Assembly (NCBI GenBank): GCA_977017575.1
Contig: CDRNVI010000037.1
Location: 186,001 to 250,000 of the forward strand
Origin: Paramoeba atlantica
Lineage: Eukaryota; Protista; Discosea
Length of the DNA: 64,000 nucleotides
Direction of reading: 5' to 3'
Part shown: piece after piece, positions 10,536-21,915 of the stretch
Layout: the number at the start of each line of letters is the position of its first letter
Position numbering within the stretch: position 1 is the first letter of the stretch
The notes under the pieces: model-generated
Databases searched by the model: none
What the model saw: only the letters and a program-made list of their open reading frames with translations
What the model was told of the DNA's origin: nothing
Made by a program: the position numbers and the translations under genes

Positions 10536-11007
10536 CCTGTCTTTCTATTTCAAATTCTTTTTATTTTTGTAGACTTTGGAAACGTATTTTTGCAAGCTTC
10601 GGAATTTGAATCTTGTATATAGTTGGAAATATGAATAATACAAAACTCACATTTTACAGGGGTGTAAAGTTAAACAGGGGTGTAGTATACATGTATGTCT
10701 TGTTTTTTATCCGCGATATAAATTTTAATTTTAAATCACTATTAATTTAGAAAAACAAATTGATTAATTTTTAACTCATTATTTTAATTTTAATTCAATC
10801 TTTCTAGTAAATAGTAGTTTCAAAATACTATACGTGAGCGGGGCACTAAATATTTCCTATTTGACCCCTTTCCTTATCCTTTAGAACTCCAGTCGCAAAT
10901 TTATGATCAAATCTTTTACAAGGTATTATTAAAGGTTGTCGGTTAAAAAAGGGTATCGGTTTGAAAAAGTTATCGGTTAAAAAATGTTATCGGTTAAAAA
11001 AACGAAA

Positions 11008-11195
11008 GGTTTCAATGATGGATTCCGGAAGTTGAGTCCGATTTCGGGGTTTTATCCCATTTTTTATGCGGCGAGCCATAGCTTCCCACGCCACTTCAGG
11101 GTTTAAGTCAGGAGAGAGAGGGGGAAGTCAATACGCCTTTTCGAGTACTTTTTTTTCACTTGAATGAGTTGGGGTGTTGTCCATTTGAAGGATGG
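11008..11195 (-). mobile_element. Tc1-like transposase catalytic remnant
   Basis: Minus-strand frames give ILQMDNTPTHSS (second Asp motif) and SPLSPDLNPEVAWEAMARRI..PRNRTQL, with frameshifts. Confidence 0.75.
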
Positions 11196-11570
11196 ACCTC
11201 TGGTGGGACCTCAAAAAACTAGCTATACCACTTTCCCCATATGCCAAAAGAAGTTGCTCAGAATCAACTGAGGCTCTCCCTCAAAGATGAAATAGAACAA
11301 CCCAAAGTTAAAAGAATATCCTATCCACAGCACTATCTCTCTCCCCTGAAAATATTTTTTGCGGCGGTCCGATTCCAGTTGTAGCACGCCGCTCCGGGTA
11401 AAGAGATGGTTGAGTTACGCAGACCTCTCTACCTTCTGTGATAGCCAAATCCTGGACGTCACTACAACATCGAATGCCGTTGTTTGCGGCTGATGAAACC
11501 GATGATATTCTATTCGGGTACTCTGCCGGTTCTTCCCGTTATGAGCTGAAAAGAAAGTACAGTCCAATGC

Positions 11571-11874
11571 CTTTCTGAAAGAAATCACGTTGAATTCCTT
11601 ATCACCCGAGATGATAGAATTGAACCTAAGAAAGAATAAGTTATTCGGCTCGATTTTCTGGTAATGCGTTATCGTCATCTCTGTCCATTTTGAGTTCATC
11701 TTCAAACTAATTTAGCGGTATAATTCACTAAACAGCGGAATTAATGATTTGTGGTTGTATGGAAATCAATTTTCTTGTATACTAGATCTACGCAATCCTC
11801 CAGACGCGTTAATGGAGTTCAATGTATGGAACGAGGGATGTGAATTATTTCTCCTGTGCTAGGATGGACGAACT
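11571..11874 (+). pseudogene. Degenerate copy of the 3' half of LRR gene 7999-8739
   Basis: Clear nucleotide similarity to ~8390-8710 (e.g. GGTTGTATGGAAATCAATTTTCTTGTATACTAGATCTACGC), with frameshifts and stops; cut by the MITE at 11876. Confidence 0.85.
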
Positions 11875-11875
11875 A

Positions 11876-12641
11876 CAGGGGGTGGCACGAAAATATGGGG
11901 GGGTCAAAATTTTTACAACTTGTCCAATTTTGGAAAGTAGCACCGCATTCGAGAGCTCTCGCAGAGATACGTGTCACCTGATATTGCGTTTCCTGTATCC
12001 AGGGGGGTAGGTCCCTATGCCGAAGGGGCTGAAAACAGTAATTGCAAGTTTGAAATTTTGAAAAATATGTCATTTAATATCCACAATGTCCTCCATTTTT
12101 TAGTAATGTAATCTTAATACGAGTTGGAACTGTCCTCAAAGTGTCTAAAAATGATTTTTTCTGTTCTCCTTTCAACAATTCAATCCCAGATGCGATCGCC
12201 GATCGCAACTCTGACCGATTTGTGGGGCATAATGAGCTTTTGTGGGCATAAGTTATCCCACAAACATTTTCTTCATACTCGCTTACTAAAAGTATGTGGT
12301 AGGTGACTTTAAGCTGTCCTCGAGGACTGTAACAATTCCGATCACGGTGCTGTACACCCCTGCCATTGGAATAAACCTGTTTCTGTTGGATAACGAGGCG
12401 GAAAGGTAAAAAAATAGAAGGAAAATACCTAAAATATCGAAAAAATCGAAGAATCTGAAGAAAATTGCAAGCTCCAAAAACGTATTTATTTGTCCTGAAT
12501 TAAAAAATTAAAATCACAGGAAACGCAATATCAGGTGACACGTATCTCTGCGAGAGCTCGCAGAGAATGCGGTGCTACTTTCCAAAATTGGACAATTTAT
12601 ATGAATTTTGACCCCACCCCATATTTTCGGGCCACCCCCTG
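11876..12641. mobile_element. Tc1/mariner-type MITE, ~120-bp TIRs, TA flanks
   Basis: CAGGGGGTGGCACGAAAATATG... and ...CATATTTTCGGGCCACCCCCTG. TIRs are related to 2614-3365 (TTTTGGAAAGTAG..CGCATTCGAGAGCTCTC). Confidence 0.88.
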
Positions 12642-12771
12642 TATAAACATTGGAGACGTCACTAATCTTTTCGTTATTTTGCTTCTTTATTAGTCCCATA
12701 TACGATTTTGGGTAAATCTCGATCTTTTTAACAGAATAAAATACTGCCGCTTCGCGCATGCGAACCTGAAA

Positions 12772-13214
12772 AGAACAACGATAAACTTCGAGGCCTTATG
12801 ATTCTCTATCACCGAAGTCCGTGGCCTACAATATGCGTACAGTGCGTGGCTTTATTACGGGTTAATTAAGGGACACCCCCCATCAGGTTCCCGTAATTAA
12901 CCGTCCCCTAACTCTCTATTTTGTTTTCTAAGGCCCTACTATACCTTTTTCTTTCAATTATCTTCCTTTATTAATCTCCTTTTTGTTCAGTTATCTTACA
13001 AATACATTTTTATGTGTGCCTGATAACTTGCGCGCTCTGTTACTTGGGCGCTACACTTGTATTTCTTTTGTCCCATTCCAAAGGTATGACCCCACCCCTA
13101 TATTATCCCTTAAATACCCGTCCCCTAATTAAGCCGTCCCGTAATAACACCACGCACTGTAATACAGGAAGTACTTTTTTGAACGGCCCTACGCGCCGAG
13201 GATTTTCTTTTTAG
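12772..13214 (+). pseudogene. LRR 3' fragment interrupted by a ~285-bp MITE (12858-13141)
   Basis: AACAACGATAAACTTCGAGG and TGTAATACAGGAA..GGCCCTAC..GAGGATTTTCTTTTTAG match the end of 10101-10535. The insert has TTATTACGGG/CCCGTAATAA inverted ends. Confidence 0.6.
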
Positions 13215-13387
13215 CCTAATTAAATATCCAATTCTTTAAACGTTAACACTCCCAGAGCTACTTAACATTCCACTCCGGAACGTTAAACCAGACTGGTTTA
13301 TGTTCCGCATTTTACTACTGGAGAATCGTCTTTCTTAGAATTTTTCTTTCATATTTTTCCGCATCATATTTCATACTGATATCAGAC

Positions 13388-14080
13388 ATGCGACCTGAAG
13401 ACCGATATCTAGACGTAAACCTGTGTAATCTGCGTTTTACGTATTCAAAAATTAATCCACATTTTAGTTGCGGACGAACCTTGCAAAGCACACTGAAATC
13501 GTTACATAAAAAAGAAATTACGCTGGAAGATTTACCCGCCCTCACAATACTTATGAAAAACCCTTCAATACCGAATAGAGTAAGAAGCAATCAAGGGCGC
13601 TTAAAAAAGACCCACCAAAACGACAAACAATCAGAAATCGAATATTACTGTCTCAACAACCGCAGACTATATGTAATCAAACGCTATATGCTCGAGGCAG
13701 GACTTTTCTCGCGAGAAGACATGAGAGTGGGTGAAAGAACGTTTTCTGAAAATTTGGACTCTGAAAAGGAAAGGCAATGCGAGATTTCTTCTAGTATTAA
13801 CACTGCGCCATTAGAAGAAAGTAAGGAAAGGGTGAAATCGTCCGGCAGAGAATTTGCTTTTCAACCGTTAAATTCCACTTTTTCAAAGAATGAACTCCCA
13901 CGTACGCTTCGAGTTCGAGTTCGACCTATGAACGCGAAAGAAGAACCGAAATACAACGCAGAGAGCTGCGGTCTGTATACTCGTGTAATTGGTGCAGGAG
14001 TCACGCGGGCGGCAAGACAGCGACAAGCCTGTGAGCCTCCTAATACGTACAAATTGGACTTGCCTGCATCATCGAAGTGA
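13388..14080 (+). CDS. Hypothetical protein, probable ParB/Srx-like domain
   Basis: LRFTYSKINPHFSCGRTL...LEDLPALTIL...YYCLNNRRLYVIK resembles the F-S/T-x-S..F..G..., L-P-x-I, (D/N)NRRL pattern of ParB-like domains (recognised by eye). Confidence 0.5.
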   Translation: MRPEDRYLDVNLCNLRFTYSKINPHFSCGRTLQSTLKSLHKKEITLEDLPALTILMKNPSIPNRVRSNQGRLKKTHQNDKQSEIEYYCLNNRRLYVIKRYMLEAGLFSREDMRVGERTFSENLDSEKERQCEISSSINTAPLEESKERVKSSGREFAFQPLNSTFSKNELPRTLRVRVRPMNAKEEPKYNAESCGLYTRVIGAGVTRAARQRQACEPPNTYKLDLPASSK

Positions 14081-14419
14081 GGAATGGAGATATCCATACA
14101 TACAACTGGACTCAGGATGAGTTCTTTTTTGTCGAGCTTTTCTGTCATAGTATAGCGATTCTGTAGCGAGCTTACATCAGTATGTATCTAGCGATGTACA
14201 GTGTCAGCAACAGGCAGCATCAAAGGAATTTCATCCGCCCTGTCGTCGACGAAAGCTGTAAACCTCTAGGCTCTGAAAGGAAAGTGAACAGGAATTCTTT
14301 TCTCACGCTTCGTATTTAAGCCTACAGCGCCTCTTCTTCTTTCTCCACAGTGGATAACCGTTTCCATCCGTTTTCTAGAGGCATGGTTCAACGCGCAGCT
14401 GAACTTGAATGCACTTCTT

Positions 14420-14545
14420 ACATGTCATCAATGGTTTCTGGTCTTTGTTTATTCTTTTATGTTTTAAGGATACTCCAAAGATTCCCTATTGGATTCGAGT
14501 CCGGTGAATCTGTTGGCCATCGTGAATATTGTGAACTGGGATTTA
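14420..14545 (-). mobile_element. Tc1-like transposase remnant
   Basis: Minus strand reads SRWPTDSPDSNPIGNLWSILKT*KNKQRPET, matching WPxxSPDLNPIENLW. Confidence 0.7.
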
Positions 14546-14860
14546 AACTGCTCTTTGACTGACGCTTTATTTTGGTTAACTGTCTAATTTGACTGTCTGA
14601 ATGCACTCGACTGTAATTTTCTCTTTACGTATTTTGTCATCTGGAAGCTTCTGAAAAAGAAATTTATTTACAGGAATTTGCTAAGATCTTGGATAGAGTG
14701 TGCATCTGATGGTAGGTGTATAAAAAAACGTGCCGGGCCAACATCACCCTATTAACTAAGAACTCTTTTTGAAACTCGTATTTTCTATTAAGGATGAATT
14801 TTTACCTGAAATTGGTCTTCAAAGGACTTACCTAGACGTATTTTTCAACTATTCAATTAC

Positions 14861-15658
14861 ATGCTTTCAATAATTTCTTTGGTCGACAGTCCCGTGACTT
14901 GCTTTAAATCACGCGCCGCCAAAATTAGTGTCGCGAATCTCCCTCCGGAATTCGAACTTGCGAAACTATTTCAAGATGTCATTAATCCACACCCTTCTTG
15001 GACTACTGGAACTGCTGCTTGTACGTGGTATGGCGTGGAGTGCATTGAAGCCAAGATTTGCAATATTAAATTGGAAAGGCGTCCCTCATCTGTTTTACCA
15101 TTCAGTGGTGCACTTCGCTTTGAACATCTTCCACGATCTCTTTTAGAGTTGAATATCCAGTCGACTGACATCACGGGCAAAGTGCAGCTCATCGACCTGC
15201 CCCCTAAGCTTCATAGCTTGGTTCTTTCTGGAAACAAATTTTACGGGTCATTGGACTTAGTGTCTCTCCCGAACCTTATTAAATGGCTTTCATTGAATAA
15301 AAATCGGTTTTCAGGGAATATATGCCTGAGTGGGCTGCCGGCACAAATTAGACGTCTTCTTCTCGACAACAATGCTCTTACCGGAGCGCCCGACTTGACA
15401 TCGCTTCCGAGTCTGATACAGGAAGTAAGTCTTCATAATAATATGTTTTCAGGGATAATTGACCTGACTCAGCTTCCTCCTTCATTGCGGCGTCTCACAC
15501 TGGAAAACAACGAAGAGCTCAATGCGGAAGTGGAGAAGTCACGACTGCCCACGTTCTTGAATGCATACATAGAAGGGAACGGCGCATTCATGCACAGACA
15601 GAATAGTTTGTTTACCTTTCTAAACACGAAAATCTGCATTGCGAAACACGTTCCTTAG
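14861..15658 (+). CDS. Short LRR protein
   Basis: LPPEFELAKL..NPHPSWTTGTAACTWYGVEC cap plus 22-aa LRRs. Confidence 0.87.
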   Translation: MLSIISLVDSPVTCFKSRAAKISVANLPPEFELAKLFQDVINPHPSWTTGTAACTWYGVECIEAKICNIKLERRPSSVLPFSGALRFEHLPRSLLELNIQSTDITGKVQLIDLPPKLHSLVLSGNKFYGSLDLVSLPNLIKWLSLNKNRFSGNICLSGLPAQIRRLLLDNNALTGAPDLTSLPSLIQEVSLHNNMFSGIIDLTQLPPSLRRLTLENNEELNAEVEKSRLPTFLNAYIEGNGAFMHRQNSLFTFLNTKICIAKHVP

Positions 15659-15897
15659 TAGTCTTAGATTTCGAAGTTTCCTTTTTCGGATTTACCAGCT
15701 CCGCGTGCCGTAGAAGGCCGAAGTAGCCTACAGCAAACCCTTTCGCCAAATGTAACTTCCTGATTGCCTACCAGCTAGTACAAACGTACTAGCTCATGAA
15801 ACTTTTGCGCTGCAGCAGGTCATCTAGGAATCTTGACTTTACAGATTTAAAACGTCTTTGGAATCTACTGTGTCTAACAATCTCAAAAACTTCTTTA

Positions 15898-15993
15898 GTT
15901 GCTTGGTTAAACGTGGTGGTTGCTTTCAACGTGGAAGGCACTGCCCCTGCGCGCTTCGCGCTGAAAACTACCTCTGCATTTAACGATGCGACA
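15898..15993. mobile_element. ~97-bp hairpin mini-MITE family copy
   Basis: Inverse-orientation relative of 23741-23837; partial copies near 37945-37970, 45859-45885, 58775-58821. Confidence 0.6.
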
Positions 15994-16069
15994 AAAATTG
16001 TAAAATAAAATCGAGAAAAATTAACATTCTATGTGACGAACCATTTTCGAGAATGTCCACGTGACTCTG

Positions 16070-16157
16070 TGAGAGCTCTCCAACGCGCTATTATTTTCGT
16101 AAATTCGCCGAGTCTTACATATTTCGATCCCCCGTATTTTCGTGCCCACCCCTGTAT
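16070..16157. mobile_element. Solo right TIR of the CAGGGG-type Tc1/mariner MITE family
   Basis: GAGAGCTCTCCAACGCGCTATTATTTTC...GTGCCCACCCCTGTATA; another solo end near 44470-44537. Confidence 0.6.
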
Positions 16158-16219
16158 ATTTTTCTAATTTACCCACTATTCCAGAGAATGGTAATTAATG
16201 CAATAGATCCCTACTGTCA

Positions 16220-17662
16220 ATGGATTGTGCAATCTGTTATTTACCACTTTTTGGCGACCTCCTCTCCCCGGAAACGGCTTTTTCTGAGCTTCCCAGCGAG
16301 ACCACAGCTATCTCGAGCACTACCTGTGGGCACTGCTTTCACACTCCTTGTATCACACAAGCCTTGCGACTTCTTCCTCAGTGTCCGACATGTAACGCCG
16401 CACAGCAGCCTCACGCAGTCCATGCACTGTACTTGAATTTAGCATCACTCTACCCCCCAGACATTTTAACCGGATCGAGCCGAAACGTTTCCTCCACACC
16501 TTCGGCGGTTTCTCGCTTGCAACGGATACACTTAGGAAAAAAAATCCGGGCACAGCTTCGTTCGATTGATTCACTAAACCGTGCCAGGGAGGAGAACACA
16601 GCGCAACTCCATGCATGTCATGACGAGATTGACACCACGCAAGAAAGTCTACATGCCGCATCCGGAGAGCTTAGCGAATTACAAGACTCCTCTGCGAAGC
16701 TGCTGCAAGAAAATGCCGCACTGGAAGTACATTGTGAGAAACTGGAAGCCATCCATGTGGGGGCGCAATTTATGGAAGGCGGAGAAATCGACGAAAGCCG
16801 CCTGGGTCTGGCACGTATTCCTCCACGGGTGCACGAGTGTATGCGTGCCACACGAAGGATGCTAACACACTGTCAAAGCGACTTGGAGATGGCCCAAAAA
16901 CTTCATCAAAAGATGAAGAACGAAAATGAAGCGCTACGCCAGAAACTGTATCTCTATAAAGCACAAAGAAGGGGACACACATGGCAAGCGAGAGGTCATC
17001 GAGAGAAAGGGGTCACGAACGAATTGAAGCGCTATCCTGTCGGAAAAAACGATTTGCCCTCGCAGAATCATTCCCCAGTTTTACGAAATCATACTGTTGA
17101 TTCGTGTGCTATTCAGTCTGTTTACTCTTCGAATCGTATTTCTTATGCGGATCGCGTAGGTAGCTCCTCGGATTCCAGACCTAACAAATTTGAAGTAAAT
17201 GAAGTTTTAGATAAACCGCATGTTTCCTTAGTATCCGCAAGACAGAATGGTGAGAATCAAGATTCAATCGATTTGCTTCGAGCAGATAAGCTAAACGGTG
17301 ATGAAAATTGCACGAAAAGCAATATCCCATTTACACCTCAAGAGGCCAAACAATTATTTTCCCCAAGTGAATGTAGCCCTATGAATGTGGACATAGACTC
17401 CTCCTCGCAACCAATGCAAACGCAAAACTCATGTATAACCTCCACTAGCAGCAGTCAAGTTTTGAGCAATGAAAGGAGCGAAGTTATAGAACTTTCACCC
17501 CAGAAAAGTAAAGTTGCACCGCGCACACCAGGACAACAAAGGTGTCCTAAATTGTCTCAAAAATCACAACTCTCTACGTCTTTATTGACATTTACAGTTG
17601 TACCGCACCATAACACTCATATAGTTCCCAATGTTGTACAGGAAATTGATCTAAACATCTAG
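16220..17662 (+). CDS. RING-H2 E3 ligase-like protein (RING + coiled coil + disordered tail; TRAIP-like architecture)
   Basis: CAIC...TCGHCFHTPC...CPTC, then a heptad-rich segment. Confidence 0.82.
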   Translation: MDCAICYLPLFGDLLSPETAFSELPSETTAISSTTCGHCFHTPCITQALRLLPQCPTCNAAQQPHAVHALYLNLASLYPPDILTGSSRNVSSTPSAVSRLQRIHLGKKIRAQLRSIDSLNRAREENTAQLHACHDEIDTTQESLHAASGELSELQDSSAKLLQENAALEVHCEKLEAIHVGAQFMEGGEIDESRLGLARIPPRVHECMRATRRMLTHCQSDLEMAQKLHQKMKNENEALRQKLYLYKAQRRGHTWQARGHREKGVTNELKRYPVGKNDLPSQNHSPVLRNHTVDSCAIQSVYSSNRISYADRVGSSSDSRPNKFEVNEVLDKPHVSLVSARQNGENQDSIDLLRADKLNGDENCTKSNIPFTPQEAKQLFSPSECSPMNVDIDSSSQPMQTQNSCITSTSSSQVLSNERSEVIELSPQKSKVAPRTPGQQRCPKLSQKSQLSTSLLTFTVVPHHNTHIVPNVVQEIDLNI

Positions 17663-17829
17663 AATGACACCAAACAAGACACTCGAATTTCTTATCAAAT
17701 CAATATCGCCTTGTTGAGTGTAGGTGTTTGTAAGAAGCGGTGCATTCACGTACACGTTGGCGTCATTCCTTCAGCTCCGTCCTCTTTTTTTTTCATTTTT
17801 TCTTCTCCTCCCGCCATGAGAATGCCGCC

Positions 17830-19818
17830 ATGAGTACCGCGACGGATTGCCCCATCTGCTACCTCCCTCTCCTCACCGAGGCCGCGGACACGCCCCCTCC
17901 ACAGCCCGAACCGGAGAACCCCCCGCTCCCCCCTGCCCCCATCTCCAGCACCACCTGCGGACACTGTTTCCACACCGCCTGCCTGCACCAAGCCCTCACG
18001 TACCTCCGACGCTGTCCCTCCTGTCGGGCCCCGCAGGAGATTTACGAGACCCACCCGCTCCACCTGCAGCACCTGCAGAATCCGAATTTTCCGTTTGTTC
18101 AAAGCACAGGGGGGGAAGAAGAAGAAGAGCAGGAAGAAGAAGAAGAAGAAGAAGAACAAGAAATGCAAGAAAGAGAAGCCTCTGAACGTTTTGATAAAAA
18201 TGGATTCAATTCTTCAACAGCGCTTGACATCGAAGGAGGAGAAGGGGGCGTAGGTCTACAAAACAACGACGGTGTAAAGGCAAAGAATGCGCTTTATGGA
18301 AAAATACAATCCAATGGTGAGGCCATTGCCTCGCTCTCCGAGGTGTGTCTACGTGACCGGCAGGGCTTGCTGTCGTCCCAGACAAAGCTCTCCGAGACCC
18401 GGTGGAATGTGGAGATCAAACAAGGCGAGATCTCTCGTCTTCGTCAGGATACCGCGCTGTTGTATGAGACCAAACTAAAGCTAATGGATCGGTGTGAGTC
18501 GATGCAGTCTACCGAGGAGAGGTTGGGGGCGGAGAATGAGGGGGAGGAGACGGTGCTCAGTTCGCTCGGACTTGCCCATTTACCGGCGAAAGTGGTCGAG
18601 TGCATGAGATCCACGCGACGAGTCCTGGAATCCCGACGGAAGGAGCTGCGTGTGATGCAAATGCGCTACCAGAATGTGTTACGGGATAATGAGCGGCTGC
18701 GAGGGAAGTTACAAAAGGAACAATCGAGAGCACAGGGCGCAGTAAAGGGAATGGACACGGAACGGTTGAGGCTTGTGGAGAGCTGGCAAATCGAAACCGC
18801 ACTCTCACCCCAGAGAACGAAAGTTTTTTCGCAGGAACAAGCAGAGAAGCCCCCACCGATGGTTTACGTGGAAACTTTGCATGGCTCTTCAGATTCCGCA
18901 ATAAAAGGCAAGACGAAGTTTGCATCAGATCCCGTTGAGACGTCGAGTACGGAACGTGGAATACAGAGCACTCGAAAACGGACACGTTATGATGTGACAT
19001 CATTTTCACACCCAGATGATTCGCAAATTTCATCTAGTCGGGCGGTATCTCCGAAGGGTGGTCCTCCTGAAGAAAGTTGGCGAAGAGTTTGTGAAACGAA
19101 CACGATAAATATTACTGATGTAATCGATCCTGCACCTCACCCCCTTCCTACAGGAATTGTGACCTCATCGAGTCCTACTTTCCAACAGAAGAAGCCTAAC
19201 CTCTACATTTCGAACGATGCCGTTGTGGAACAATTTGGTAGTGAGGACGAATCGTTCGAGTTGATTCGTCATTTATCATCGCACGATTCGGCGGTAACTA
19301 ATCCACGAAAATCACAACGTTCCACACATCGGTCGTCTTCGCAAATCGATAATTTATCATCAACTGCTTCTCAATCACGAAAAGGTGAAGTCATCTCTTT
19401 GTGCCAGAGCTCCTCTCACGGGAATTCGCGCAACTCTGCTGAATGTGAAACTGTCGATCTTGTGAAAGAAAAAATATTATCATCACGAAAGGGATTCACC
19501 TCGCGTAAAGAACAAATCACAAGTTCGCACATTTTATCCAGTGAGAATTCGGATGAACAAAGCGCGCTGGTCATCCCGGGAAGTCACCGAACGAGAACAG
19601 CTTGTAAAACGAATGCAAACCATCACCCCGACGCAACGACATCCGTAGCGGCCCGGGTGGTACAGATTTCGACACCCTCTCAGCATGCTAACACGAGTAA
19701 CATGAATCGTGCTCATACGAAAAATCGAGGAATAAACTCGAGCACAAAATTTTCAGTGCCTCCCAAACAACAGAATGGCACGAAGACTAAGGCGCGTGTC
19801 ATGACATGTGTACTATAG
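17830..19818 (+). CDS. RING-H2 E3 ligase-like protein, tandem paralogue of 16220-17662
   Basis: CPIC...ISSTTCGHCFHTAC...CPSC; shared LGLAxxPxxVxECMRxTRR block; poly-Glu insert. Confidence 0.82.
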   Translation: MSTATDCPICYLPLLTEAADTPPPQPEPENPPLPPAPISSTTCGHCFHTACLHQALTYLRRCPSCRAPQEIYETHPLHLQHLQNPNFPFVQSTGGEEEEEQEEEEEEEEQEMQEREASERFDKNGFNSSTALDIEGGEGGVGLQNNDGVKAKNALYGKIQSNGEAIASLSEVCLRDRQGLLSSQTKLSETRWNVEIKQGEISRLRQDTALLYETKLKLMDRCESMQSTEERLGAENEGEETVLSSLGLAHLPAKVVECMRSTRRVLESRRKELRVMQMRYQNVLRDNERLRGKLQKEQSRAQGAVKGMDTERLRLVESWQIETALSPQRTKVFSQEQAEKPPPMVYVETLHGSSDSAIKGKTKFASDPVETSSTERGIQSTRKRTRYDVTSFSHPDDSQISSSRAVSPKGGPPEESWRRVCETNTINITDVIDPAPHPLPTGIVTSSSPTFQQKKPNLYISNDAVVEQFGSEDESFELIRHLSSHDSAVTNPRKSQRSTHRSSSQIDNLSSTASQSRKGEVISLCQSSSHGNSRNSAECETVDLVKEKILSSRKGFTSRKEQITSSHILSSENSDEQSALVIPGSHRTRTACKTNANHHPDATTSVAARVVQISTPSQHANTSNMNRAHTKNRGINSSTKFSVPPKQQNGTKTKARVMTCVL

Positions 19819-19982
19819 AGTAGATTTAGCTCCTGCAACTTTATATTTATGGTATGACATCTTTAAACGTATTTTCTAATTTTCAAAGAACGCATGATCG
19901 TGTTTCATCAAGCATAGAAGTTTTTATTACGCTTTAGTTCAGCATTCTTTTTCTTCTAATTTCTCTTAATGAATTTCTACCA

Positions 19983-20784
19983 ATGTTCCTATCCCCCCCT
20001 CTATATTTTACAGATACTGTAACTCGGTTAGGCAAGGCGAGGGCCCCACTACCGCAAGAGTATGAATTAGCAGCGTTCATACGGGACGTGGAGAATCCGT
20101 ATCCTACGTGGAACACAAGTACTCCGGCATGTAAGTGGAAGAGCGTTATATGCAGCAAGGAAGGAAGGGTACAGAAGGTGAACTGGAGTTGGAATGGCGA
20201 TCATGAAATGCCGCGTCATTTTAATTATCGAAAATTGAGAGGTATTTTGCACTGGAATGAATTGCCTGGGACAATTACCTCTGTACGGGTTACTGAAAAC
20301 GCTTTTCGTGGAACGGTGTGCTTTCGAGCACTTCCACATGAACTGGTCTTATTACAGCTAGAAAGAAATGCATTCGAGGGTACCTTGGACCTGAATGAAT
20401 TGCCACAAAAACTGTTGCAGGGTTATGTATCGTTTAACAAATTTTATCGGCTACCTTGACCTTCGAAGCTTGCCGCCATCTATTACGGAACTATGGTCCC
20501 AGGAGAATTCTTTTCATGGTGGTCTCATCCTTACTTGTCTGCCTAACTCTTTGAAGTTTCTCGCTCTCTCAAAGAACAGGTTCGAAGGCGATGTGAATTT
20601 GGATCATCTCCCCAAGAAGATGGGTTATCTTAATCTTTCAGATAACGTAAATCTGTGTGGTATGTACCGGGCATGGTTGCTGCCGACGGCAATGTACGAT
20701 CGGTATTGGACGGAATGGTGTTCGTGTACGTATGCAATGCACTCATTTATTTTTTCATCGACACTCATTGAGGAAGACGCGTGA
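19983..20784 (+). pseudogene. LRR gene with a single +1 frameshift near 20441
   Basis: Cap LPQEYEL..NPYPTWNTSTPACKWKSVIC; the frame changes at AAATTTTATCGG (expected KFIGYLDL) and continues in ORF 20395-20784. Could be a sequencing indel. Confidence 0.7.
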
Positions 20785-21345
20785 ACCCTAAGATTTTTTC
20801 TATGCAAGACATGCGAAAAGAGGTACAAAAAGCAGATTTGGGGCCAAAATAGCCGAATCTGGGGAAGACATTTTTGGGTGGCAAATTTGACACTGGTCCT
20901 GATTTGGGCTTCGGCCCGGACCATGCGAATGTAATTTTTCAAGAACACTACTTTTTTCTTCTTTATTAAACCGTGTTTCAGGTTAATGTACCTGTACAAT
21001 ATGTGAGAACGATTGGGTTTATCTCATTATGTTCGATTTCGAAAAAAGCTAGGTATCGAAACCTCATTTTCCAAATATTTTTCTCCGGACGGGTAAACTA
21101 GGTCACACAGCTTCCCAGCTCTCAGTGCGCGCAATCGCGCTGCTGGGGTAATGCCACAACACATTAATTACCGCTCCATATACTGTTGAATAAGTGGAGT
21201 ATTGTATCATCCATTGTTAGCAATCGGATATTGTTCTTAAACAAAAACTGTCAACAATAGACGTACCGCTCGCTTTAGATACTTGCGCATCTCCTTTAAA
21301 AACTATTTTTCTGTTATTTACAGTACACTTCAATACTTTTCCTTT

Positions 21346-21915
21346 ATGAACATCTCTCGTGCACATAAAGTGCGTGGTACTTCCCTTCCACCTGAGTTTA
21401 TGCTTATTCGAATGATTGAAAATATTCAGAACCCACACCCATCATGGACGTCAGATATGCCAGCATCTGAGTGGAAAGGAGTAGTGTGTTTGGAAAACGG
21501 TGACATTGAAAAAGTTAGGTTTGAAGCGGAGGAATTACGCGGATCTTTAAGTTGGGACATGTTACCTCGCTCACTTACTTTTTTTTCTGTTCATCAGAGC
21601 AAGCTAATGGGAGAAGTAGACCTCAGTGAATTGCCCCTAAAACTCAAATTTTTAGATGGTTCTTATAACACCTTTACGGGGGGACTTGATTTATGTCATC
21701 TTCCAATGTCGCTTGAAGAGATCTTCTTTTCTGAGAACCGGTTAAGTGGGCGAGTTGATTTTTCTCATCTTCCACATCGTTTGTGTTCACTTGCTTTGAG
21801 ACACAATCGACTACTTGAGGGTGAAATGCGGCTTAGTGAACTTCCTTTAAGTTTAAGTTATCGTCCAATACAAGAAACTTCCATTGTATTTATTGATGAT
21901 TCCGAAACAAACTAG
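21346..21915 (+). CDS. Short LRR protein (recent duplicate of 43741-44310)
   Basis: KVRGTSLPPEFMLIRMIENIQNPHPSW...SEWKGVVC cap plus LRRs. Confidence 0.87.
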   Translation: MNISRAHKVRGTSLPPEFMLIRMIENIQNPHPSWTSDMPASEWKGVVCLENGDIEKVRFEAEELRGSLSWDMLPRSLTFFSVHQSKLMGEVDLSELPLKLKFLDGSYNTFTGGLDLCHLPMSLEEIFFSENRLSGRVDFSHLPHRLCSLALRHNRLLEGEMRLSELPLSLSYRPIQETSIVFIDDSETN

